Shown piece by piece: positions 14,231-22,019 of a DNA stretch of 29,564 bases (positions are counted from its first letter, which is position 1; the number at the start of each line of letters is the position of its first letter). The notes below the pieces were generated by a model. It made no database searches. It worked only from the letters and a program-made list of their open reading frames with translations, and had not been told where the DNA came from. A program made the position numbers and the translations under genes. Source of the DNA: Armatimonadia bacterium (GTDB lineage Bacteria > Armatimonadota > Zipacnadia > Zipacnadales > UBA11051). The DNA lies in contig JBDKRC010000267.1 of the NCBI GenBank assembly GCA_039683575.1, positions 1 to 29,564 on the forward strand, read 5' to 3'.

Positions 14231-17011
14231 TTACGGAACTAGTGTCAGCTTCCCGGCCAGGTCCATGTGCCACGGGGCGCCGCCGGTGCTTACCCAGGCG
14301 ATCCATTCGCGCTCCTGGGCTTTGAGCACGCCGATGTTGAAGAGCAGGTTGGCGGCTTTGGCCGGATCGATATCGAGAGCGGCGAAGGGAATCTTCCATT
14401 CGCCGCTCCATTGGTTCTGGCCGATGGTGGCGGCGTAGGTCACGGCCTGGCCGGCTCGGCGAACAGCTTCGGCGGGGGCTCCCGCGTGGTCCACGCTCTG
14501 GTGCTTGCCGGAGGGGAAGCCCTGGAGGACGAAGGTTGGGCCCGGTTTGGCACCCGAGGCATCCTGCAGGCATAGTTCCGCGCCGTCGTCCGCACCCCAT
14601 GTACCCCCCGTCTTCACCAGTTTCGTCGAGTCGGTCACCTGATTGACGAGCGCCACGTACAGGGCCTCGGCATCCCATGTTACCACGGCGCGACTGGGCT
14701 GCTTGCCGTTGCCGGTGTCCATGGAGAGCGCGGCAACGGTGGCGGTGTTGGCGGGGTTCCAGTCCCATTCGGGGGCGTCAACGCGGCCGTCAATGACGGG
14801 CGCGGCGGCGCGGCGCAGGGCCTTGACGACGGGGATCTGGGTGCGCTTGGCGGGCGCGGTGGTGGTGGGCTCGCCCTCCGGGAAGCGGAGGTGCTCTTCG
14901 CGCCATTGGTCGTCAGCCACGGGCCAGGAGGCGCGGTCGGGGGACTTGTAGAGGCCCATCTTCTCGTAGGGGAGGGGCTTGAAGCCGAGTCTGGGGGCCG
15001 GGGAGCCGGAGCGAAGGCGGTAATCGTCGCGTTTGGCGTCCACGAAGCGGGGGTCGGCGATGACGGAGTTGAGGTCGAAGCCGAGCTTCTGCCACGCGGC
15101 CCAGTAGTTGCCATCTTCGACGCCGGCGAGGTTCATCGCGATGGGCAGGCCGGCGTGCCAGATGAGGTTGAGGTTGGACTCGGCGAGCATCTGCTGCCAT
15201 TTGCTGCCGCGGACGTACTGGGCCTTGGGGTCGGTGTAGTAGATGATGTTGCGCAGGGCGCGCGTGCCCTTCATGAGCCACTCGCCGGTGTCGGGATGGC
15301 CGGGAGTGCGGCCTGTGGTGAGGCTGTCGATAGGGGCGTACTCGATCTGCTGGCCGCTACTGTCCACGATGATGTTGTTCTCGATGAGGTTGTCCTGGCC
15401 GCCGTGGACCATGACGCCGCCACGCTGGGCGCGGACGATGAGGTTGCCGTAGACGTGCACGCCGCTGGTGTAATCGTCGAGATATATGCCCCAGCAGTAG
15501 TGGGGATATTCCCAGACGCCGGGTTTGAGCATGTTGTAGCCGCCGGTGTCGTGGACGTAGTTGTAGCGAATGATGCTGCCGCGCTCGTAGATGTCGCGCG
15601 AGCCCATGCCGATAGCGCCGGTATCGGACTGCTCCTGGTTGGTGTGGTGGACGTGGTTGTACTCGACGATGTTGCCCATGCCGTTGAAGCTGATGCCCTG
15701 GCGCGGGGTATCGTGGACCAGGTTGTGCGAGATGACGTTGTCATGGCTGGCGTTGCCGCCGCAGCCGGGGTCAACCCGGACGGCGCCCCAGGCGTCACCG
15801 TACTCGCCGACATCGTGGACGTGGTTGTTGTCGATGACATTGTAGGCCAGGTGGCCTTCGGGCTTGTGGGTCCAGTCGCGCTCGTCACTGAGCGTGATGG
15901 CGGTCCCGCCGACGTGGGCGATATCGCAGCCCGTGATCCGGTTGTGGTGGGAGGCGGTGTCGAGGACGAGGGCATTGCCGCCGCAGCCGGTGAGGGTTGA
16001 GGCGGCGAGGGTGCAGTGGTCGGCGCGGCTCATGCGGACGAGGCCCTGGCGGGTCTCGGAAAGGTTGAAACGCTCGAAGCGGAGGTGGCTGACGAAGCGA
16101 TCCGGGGCTTCCCCCTGAACCCGGATCAGGTCGGGCGAGACGGGCACGGAGACGCCATCGCCGGGGTCGGTGTTGTCGGGCGGCCAGAAGTAGAGGGTCC
16201 TGGTGCGCGGGTCGAGATACCACTCGCCGGGGGCGTCGAGTTCCTCGAGCGAGTTTTCGACGAAGAAGCGGTTGCCCTGGCTAATCATGTAGCTGGCGGG
16301 CTGGGCGAACTCGATGACCTTGCGGTCGCGGTCCACCTGCTTGATCGGGACGATGTTGCGGTTCCAGTTGAGCCAGGACCAGATGTGAACGCGGACCTCC
16401 TCAGGATGGGACCACCTGGCCGGGTCGAGGCGCTCGGGGTTGTACTGCAGCAGTGTCTTGCTGCCCTTCTCAACGACGCCCGCGACATAGACAAAGCCGC
16501 CACTGCGGGGGTGTTTGGGGTCGAAGTTGGGGTAGCGGGCAAGCGCCTGACGCGTGCCGCGATAGTAGAGTTGCCAGAAGCGGCCACCAGCGAGGGCGGC
16601 GTCGGGGGCGGGAGCCTGGTAGATCCGGTCGCGGTATGGTTGCCAGCCAGTAACGGGGACGCTGCCCTTGAGGCTGACGGTTTCTCCGCGGAAGGGGAGA
16701 TAGGTGATCGGGGCGCGTTCGGTGCCGGAGTCCTGGGGGCCGAAGACGAGGGGTTCGGTGAGATGGTACGTGCCGGCGCGGAGGATGACCTTGGCGCCAT
16801 CCGGCAGCTTGCCCTCGGCGCGCAGTTGGCGGAGTTCGTCGCGGGCGCGGGTGATGGTACTGAAGGGGCCGTCGGTGCGCGTGGCATTGGGGGCGGGCAG
16901 ACGCCCCGACCAGGTGTCGTTGCCCGCGGGGGCGACATAGAGACTCAAAGGAGCGGCCGTGGCGAGCGTTACGGCCAGTAGCGTGACCAGGAGGATGGTT
17001 AGGCGGTGCAT
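14231..17011 (-). CDS. Secreted right-handed parallel beta-helix protein (GH141/pectin-lyase-like fold) with C-terminal CBM9-like domain
   Basis: GGAGG RBS before ATG 17011; signal peptide; LYVAPAGNDTWSG, DGPFSTITRARD, ENSLEELDAPGEWY, repeated N-x-I-x-x-N-x-(V/I)-H turns, GIYLDD; C-terminal APVIDGRVDAPEW. Confidence 0.87.
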   Translation of the reverse strand: MHRLTILLVTLLAVTLATAAPLSLYVAPAGNDTWSGRLPAPNATRTDGPFSTITRARDELRQLRAEGKLPDGAKVILRAGTYHLTEPLVFGPQDSGTERAPITYLPFRGETVSLKGSVPVTGWQPYRDRIYQAPAPDAALAGGRFWQLYYRGTRQALARYPNFDPKHPRSGGFVYVAGVVEKGSKTLLQYNPERLDPARWSHPEEVRVHIWSWLNWNRNIVPIKQVDRDRKVIEFAQPASYMISQGNRFFVENSLEELDAPGEWYLDPRTRTLYFWPPDNTDPGDGVSVPVSPDLIRVQGEAPDRFVSHLRFERFNLSETRQGLVRMSRADHCTLAASTLTGCGGNALVLDTASHHNRITGCDIAHVGGTAITLSDERDWTHKPEGHLAYNVIDNNHVHDVGEYGDAWGAVRVDPGCGGNASHDNVISHNLVHDTPRQGISFNGMGNIVEYNHVHHTNQEQSDTGAIGMGSRDIYERGSIIRYNYVHDTGGYNMLKPGVWEYPHYCWGIYLDDYTSGVHVYGNLIVRAQRGGVMVHGGQDNLIENNIIVDSSGQQIEYAPIDSLTTGRTPGHPDTGEWLMKGTRALRNIIYYTDPKAQYVRGSKWQQMLAESNLNLIWHAGLPIAMNLAGVEDGNYWAAWQKLGFDLNSVIADPRFVDAKRDDYRLRSGSPAPRLGFKPLPYEKMGLYKSPDRASWPVADDQWREEHLRFPEGEPTTTAPAKRTQIPVVKALRRAAAPVIDGRVDAPEWDWNPANTATVAALSMDTGNGKQPSRAVVTWDAEALYVALVNQVTDSTKLVKTGGTWGADDGAELCLQDASGAKPGPTFVLQGFPSGKHQSVDHAGAPAEAVRRAGQAVTYAATIGQNQWSGEWKIPFAALDIDPAKAANLLFNIGVLKAQEREWIAWVSTGGAPWHMDLAGKLTLVP

Positions 17012-17085
17012 TGAGGCCTCCATGACGAGTGGTCGCTGAGGGCGGCGTGACGCGGACGTGCACGCCCAGTATCGCCGCGCCCAGG

Positions 17086-17159
17086 GTGGGTTCGTCTCTC
17101 GAACCCATGCTCTGTTTATGATCCGCGGCCCGACGTGGGTGCGGGACGCACCCACCTAC
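17086..17159. repeat. Pair of related REP-like palindromes
   Basis: GTGGGTTCG-TCTCT-CGAACCCAT (17086-17108) and GTGGGTGCG-GGA-CGCACCCAC-CTAC (17135-17159); same family as 14163. Confidence 0.6.
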
Positions 17160-17164
17160 GCGAA

Positions 17165-20100
17165 CTATGGCGCGCTGATGACGTATAGACGGTTCGGTGA
17201 GGCGGTGACGATCAGTAGCTCCTGCGTGCCGTCGGCGTCGAGATCTGCGACGGTCAGGTCCTGCAGACGCCCGGAAGTGGCGAAGGTGCCAGCCAGCTTG
17301 CCGTCGGGCGTGATGAGGGAAACCTGGCCGTCTTTGCAGCCGGCGGCGAGAAGCGTGTCAGGGCCGCGCTTGAGGAGGGCGGTGTGGGTGATGGCGCTGC
17401 TGAGCGGGACGCCCCAGGCTTTGTCGCCGGTTTGAGTGAAGGCGCACAGGTAGCCGCTGTCGGAGCCGACGGCGAGCAGACCGCCGGTGCCGCGCGGGAT
17501 GATGGTGAGCGAGCGGATGGGCCGGGTGAGGTTGTGGATCCAGAGTTGCTCGGGCTTGCCCCGGGCGCCAACATAGGCTCGGACATCGCCGCGATTGTTG
17601 CCGCAAAAGACCGTCTGCTTGCCGTCGCCGTCGAGATCGCCGACGGTGATGGCGGGCAGCGATGTGCACCACGAGCCGTTGAAGTAGGTCTGCAGGACCT
17701 TCCCCTTCTCGTCCAGCACCCAGCAGCCGCCGTTGTCGGAGGTCAGGCCGTTGCCGGCCAGAAGGCGGCGCTTGCCCTCGCCGAAGACGTCGGCGGAGGT
17801 GAGGGTGGTGCAGATGCCGTGGTCGGTGCGGTAGCGCCAGAGTTCCTTGCCAGTGGTGTCAAAGCAGTGCAGGCGCATGTTGCCGTTGCCGACGAGGATT
17901 TCAGGCTTGCCGTCGCCGGTGAGGTCGTCGGCGTAGAGCTTGCGGACCTTGGCTGTGCCGAGTGTCCACCAGTCCCACGGCTGTTCGTCGCGGAGGAAGG
18001 GGATCTGGTACTTCCAGAGGGTTGTGAGGTCAGGATGGAGGGCGTAGATAAACTCGTCGTCCGAGCCTACGAGGAGTTCCTGGCCGGGGTTGGCGTCCAG
18101 GTCGCAGCCGAGCAGGGCGTGGACGGGGCCGTTGGTTTTGAAGTCACCGGAGGGCTTGCCGGCGGCGGTGAACTGGGCGACGAGGCCATTCTCCTGGCCG
18201 ACGGCTACGCGCGGGGCGTCGGCGGCGGCGTAGGCGACAAGCGACAGGGGCTTGTCGGGGAGGTCGGCTGACCACTTGGTTTTGAGGGTCGGCGCGGAGG
18301 CGGATGAAGCGGTTGGTGCGGCGGGTTTGGGGGCGGCGGCGTTCCAGGCAGCGGCGAGGGCGGCCATGAGCTTCGCGTCCGGCTTTCGGTTGCTCGTGAG
18401 CGGCTGTCCGGCGAGGCTGGCGGTGGCCTCGTGGAGGATGACACGGGTGGGGCTGAGGCAGAAGAGCTTGCCGCTGGCCTGAAGGGGGCCGAGGGTGATT
18501 GAGGCGTTGGTTACGCCGGCGCCGACTAACGAGATATTCTGGCCGGACTTGAGCAGGGCGCAGTGGTCATTGAGACGGCGGAGTTCGAGAGCGGGCTGGT
18601 CGTCGCCACGGGTGGCTTTGAACGCGTTCTGGAAGCAGGCGCTTTCGCCGGGCTTGAGGGTGCGGCTGTGACTTTGCTCGACGATGTTGACTGCCTGGTC
18701 GTAGTTGGGACTGGTCGGCAGGTACTTGCCCAGCGTCTCGGTGTCGCGGTCGAGGGTGGCCGGGACGTCGCTCGGAAAGACCAATCGGAAGCGGTTGGGG
18801 AGCGTTCTCGATATCTGCCTTTCGCCCGCACGGAAGAGCCCGAGTTCGCAGACAGCGAAGGTGTAGCCGGTCGAGGCCGGGTTCTTGCCGGTGACGGTGA
18901 AGCGCAGCTTGTGCTCCCCGGCGGTGAGGTTGTGGGTGCCGAGAGCGCTGTCGGCGAAGCGGGGCGAGTCGGCGATGAAGAGGTCCACCGGCGCGCCGAG
19001 GGGCTGGCCGTCGAGGGTAGCCTGGATGATACCACGGCCGGTGAAGCTGAGCGTGCGCAGGGTGACCTCGTAGCTGCCGTTGGCGGGGACTTTGACGGGC
19101 AATTCGACGAAGTCACCGACGCTGTCGGCGCGGTAGAAGAGAGCGTCGTAGGCGGGCATGTGGTAGAGAACCTTGGCGGAGTGGGCGCTGACCGCAGCGG
19201 CCATCTGCTCTCCGCCGAGAATGGAGCCGCCACGGCGGCGCTCGTCCTGGGCGCTTTCGAAGAGGCCGGGCTTGAGGCTGGGCCTGCCGAGACTGCGCCA
19301 GCCGAGGACGAAGGAGTAGTCCCCAGGCTCGTCGGCGGTCATTTCGTCGAGCACGAAGGTATACTGGCCGGGGAGCCAGAGCATATGGCGGGTCCAGGCG
19401 GTGTGGTTGTAGTGCGGCAGGCGCGTGGCGGTGTAGGCATAGCCGTCGCCCTGGGCGGTGGTGACGACTTCGGCGGCCTGGGGGACGTTCGGGTCGCCGA
19501 GGCCCTCGCGGGCGACGGTGACGGCGTTGTGGAAGCTCATCGTCGGGCCGTTGAAGATGTCTATTTCGCAGAGCCAGCGGCGGCCATTGGCGGAGAATTC
19601 GCCGATGGTGTTGGCGTCGTCGTAGGAGTGACTGCCACCCGCGATACCGTCGAGCATCAGGTACTCATCATCGGGCGAAAAGCCGCTGCGGAAGCTGAGC
19701 TTGTCGAAGGCTTTCTCGAGGGTGACGCCCTCGTGGCGCTGAATGCCGGTCTTGAAGAAGAGATCGTCGGCGGGGATGATCTTCAGGCCGAGGTGGTCTT
19801 TGGGAGGCTCAGGCTGCAGGCCGAGGTCGAAGTTACGCAGGGGCTCATCGCTGCTGAAGCCGGTGCTGCCGCGCTTTTGGAGCATGAAGTAGTAACGCGG
19901 ATCGCGGAAGTGATAGCCGAGCATGGCAAAGACGGAGCCCGCATAGTCGCCGGCGTTGGTGTCGCCGAGCAGGACGGTCTGGCCCATGTTGTTGGAGATG
20001 GTGACGCAGCGTTCGGCCATCTGGCGGGCGCGGCCGGAGGCGAAGAAGTCGGCGGACCACTCGGGCTCCTGGAAGCCGATGTCGAGGATGTTGACCATGC

Positions 20101-21574
20101 TGCCGCCGAGGGCGTGCTGGGAGAGGGAGTCTTCGAAGGTGCGGGAACTGGCGAAGCAGGCGGCCCAGAAGCCGGCGAGTTTGGCGCGCCAGAGGGTGGT
20201 TTCGACGCCGAGGGCAGCGGCGTAATACTTGTTGAAGTACCGCCAGGAGTAATAGAAGCCGCGGGCGGCGCGGGTGCCGTGGTTTTCGCGGCAGTACAGG
20301 CCCTCGCGCAGGCCGGCATAGGCGTAGCCCTGGTCGGAGCGGGCGATCTTGAGGAGGTACTTGGTGATGGCGAGGCGCTCGGCGTCGGTGAACACGCCGG
20401 AGCTTTCCATGAGGTCCCAGGCGAGCATTTCGCGGGCTGCGAAGAGGTGGACGGAGTTGTCGGCGTTGAAGAGCTTACTATCTGGCACGGCGGCTTTGGC
20501 GAGCATGACCTCGCGGAATTTCTTCGCAAAGTCGAGATTACCGCTGGTGAGGTAGTCAATCGCCCCGGTCTCGAGCCAGCCGCTGCCGATGCGCTTGAAG
20601 CCGCTGGTCTTGACGGTGAGGGGAAGATCGAGGGTGCCGGGATCGGTCTTGAGCTTCTCGAGGAGCGCGTCAGCCCCGGTAGCGAGGCCGGGGGCGTCGG
20701 AGGCACCGAGAACCAGGAGATTCGTGCCGGTGCCGAGGGGGTTCACGAGCGGGCGCAGGACATAGCCGCCCTTGCCGGGGAAGTTGGCGTCTTCGAGGGC
20801 GTAGGAGCGGCGGTAGAGGTACTCGGCGGCGGGGCTGGTCATCAGGTTGCCGAGGATGATGAGGTCGCGCTTTTCGGTGGCGAGATTAACGTCCGAGGGT
20901 TGGAGAACGGGAAGGCGGAGGGCCGACGCGAGTTTGCCCGCGACCTGGTCAGCGCCGGTGGCGGAGATGATCGCGGCGGCGTTGGGTTCGGTGAGACGCA
21001 GGCCGCGGCGGAGGGGGCGGACGGTGTCGAGGGGCCTGGTGTCGTGGACCTGAACATTGATGTCATCGAACCAGGCGGTGCCGGTGGCGCCGTAGAGACG
21101 GACGTTGACACGGACGCCTTTGACTTCGGGGGTGAGCTGGCTGATGAAGAGGTATTGCCGCCAGTCGGTGGTGGCGACATCGGTGCCCACGCCCCCGAGG
21201 CCCAGGCCACCGCTTTGGCCGATGCGCTCGCCCTTCTCGTTGGTGTGGTAGAGGGTGATATAGGCCCCGTTGGCGCCGGTGACCTGGTCGAGCTTCGCCC
21301 AGACCGTCACGATGAGCTGGCGGGAGGGGTCCACGGGGATCATGGGTGAGATCCAACTGATCGTCGCGCCGGACTTGCCCATGATCTTGAGGCTGTGAGT
21401 GCCTGAATGGGCCTGATCGGTGGCCCAGAGACCCGACGTGCCGCCTTCCATGACCCAGCCCGTGGGCTTGTCGCCGGTGCCATCCTCAAGGCCGGGGTTC
21501 GGGCAGAGGTTCTGGGCATGCGCGACGCAGGCGAGGGTGAGCAGCAGCAGGCAGACTTGCAGGCGGTGGGACAT
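17165..21574 (-). CDS. Large secreted multidomain protein: CBM-like N-terminus, heparinase II/III-like region with inserted CBM6/35-like module, C-terminal FG-GAP/PQQ-like beta-propeller
   Basis: 1469-aa ORF; signal peptide ...AHA|Q; NLCPNPGLE...WFDDINV; FDKLSFRSG, HSYDDANTI, HNAVTV; repeated DLDxDGxxE(I/L)LVG and 'LWxY' motifs. Confidence 0.8.
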   Translation of the reverse strand: MSHRLQVCLLLLTLACVAHAQNLCPNPGLEDGTGDKPTGWVMEGGTSGLWATDQAHSGTHSLKIMGKSGATISWISPMIPVDPSRQLIVTVWAKLDQVTGANGAYITLYHTNEKGERIGQSGGLGLGGVGTDVATTDWRQYLFISQLTPEVKGVRVNVRLYGATGTAWFDDINVQVHDTRPLDTVRPLRRGLRLTEPNAAAIISATGADQVAGKLASALRLPVLQPSDVNLATEKRDLIILGNLMTSPAAEYLYRRSYALEDANFPGKGGYVLRPLVNPLGTGTNLLVLGASDAPGLATGADALLEKLKTDPGTLDLPLTVKTSGFKRIGSGWLETGAIDYLTSGNLDFAKKFREVMLAKAAVPDSKLFNADNSVHLFAAREMLAWDLMESSGVFTDAERLAITKYLLKIARSDQGYAYAGLREGLYCRENHGTRAARGFYYSWRYFNKYYAAALGVETTLWRAKLAGFWAACFASSRTFEDSLSQHALGGSMVNILDIGFQEPEWSADFFASGRARQMAERCVTISNNMGQTVLLGDTNAGDYAGSVFAMLGYHFRDPRYYFMLQKRGSTGFSSDEPLRNFDLGLQPEPPKDHLGLKIIPADDLFFKTGIQRHEGVTLEKAFDKLSFRSGFSPDDEYLMLDGIAGGSHSYDDANTIGEFSANGRRWLCEIDIFNGPTMSFHNAVTVAREGLGDPNVPQAAEVVTTAQGDGYAYTATRLPHYNHTAWTRHMLWLPGQYTFVLDEMTADEPGDYSFVLGWRSLGRPSLKPGLFESAQDERRRGGSILGGEQMAAAVSAHSAKVLYHMPAYDALFYRADSVGDFVELPVKVPANGSYEVTLRTLSFTGRGIIQATLDGQPLGAPVDLFIADSPRFADSALGTHNLTAGEHKLRFTVTGKNPASTGYTFAVCELGLFRAGERQISRTLPNRFRLVFPSDVPATLDRDTETLGKYLPTSPNYDQAVNIVEQSHSRTLKPGESACFQNAFKATRGDDQPALELRRLNDHCALLKSGQNISLVGAGVTNASITLGPLQASGKLFCLSPTRVILHEATASLAGQPLTSNRKPDAKLMAALAAAWNAAAPKPAAPTASSASAPTLKTKWSADLPDKPLSLVAYAAADAPRVAVGQENGLVAQFTAAGKPSGDFKTNGPVHALLGCDLDANPGQELLVGSDDEFIYALHPDLTTLWKYQIPFLRDEQPWDWWTLGTAKVRKLYADDLTGDGKPEILVGNGNMRLHCFDTTGKELWRYRTDHGICTTLTSADVFGEGKRRLLAGNGLTSDNGGCWVLDEKGKVLQTYFNGSWCTSLPAITVGDLDGDGKQTVFCGNNRGDVRAYVGARGKPEQLWIHNLTRPIRSLTIIPRGTGGLLAVGSDSGYLCAFTQTGDKAWGVPLSSAITHTALLKRGPDTLLAAGCKDGQVSLITPDGKLAGTFATSGRLQDLTVADLDADGTQELLIVTASPNRLYVISAP

Positions 21575-21839
21575 GTCGAGCCTCGTTAGGGAGATACATG
21601 GAGTGACCGGTGCGGTGGTGGAAGGTTCCTCCAGGACGGGCCTGTGGCCTGCAGGGGGAGTGAAGGTGGGGAACGGTTGCGGCGGGAAGGTGTTCCTATC
21701 GGGTGGGAGAGCTTTACAGGATGGGGAGGATAGAGGCGAGAGGGGAGAGGGGGGTGAGGAGAGATTTTTGGCCGAGATGGGGGAGTTGTGGACCTGCTTA
21801 TATGGGAGAGGGTGTTGGGTGGGGGGCGAGGCGAGTCTT

Positions 21840-21927
21840 CAAAATGGGGACGGAGCCTTCGCGCCGGAGTTTTGGTTGTTGGCGCTGATGAAGAGGTCAT
21901 CGGCGCGAAGGCTCCGTCCCCATTTTG
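21840..21927. mobile_element. 88-bp MITE-like element with perfect 27-bp terminal inverted repeats
   Basis: CAAAATGGGGACGGAGCCTTCGCGCCG (21840-21866) and its exact reverse complement (21901-21927), with a 34-bp spacer. Mobility is inferred only. Confidence 0.6.
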
Positions 21928-21972
21928 GGCGATTGCGGGTTGGGGGAGTGAAGAAACGGCAACGGCGTCCGA

Positions 21973-21997
21973 GCGGGCAGGATGCCCGCGCACCTAC
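21973..21997 (-). repeat. GTAG-tagged REP-like palindrome
   Basis: GCGGGCA-GGA-TGCCCGC-GCACCTAC; related copy at 25017-25039. Confidence 0.6.
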
Positions 21998-22019
21998 GGC
22001 TAGGATTCGGAGGATTGCG

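Noticed and set aside
17012-17155. Upstream extension of the beta-helix ORF
   Set aside because: It consists of REP-like palindromes; the RBS and signal peptide support ATG 17011.
18563-21349. 928-aa + strand ORF (also 5520..7220, 14891..16000, 16016..16981, 22137..24317 and similar)
   Set aside because: Antisense shadows of well-supported genes, expected in high-GC DNA with strong codon bias; no recognisable motifs.
21420-22019. 200-codon N-terminal extension of the second DUF6067 gene
   Set aside because: It overlaps the divergent gene, runs through repeats and G-rich low-complexity DNA, and the RBS plus signal peptide point to ATG 22020.
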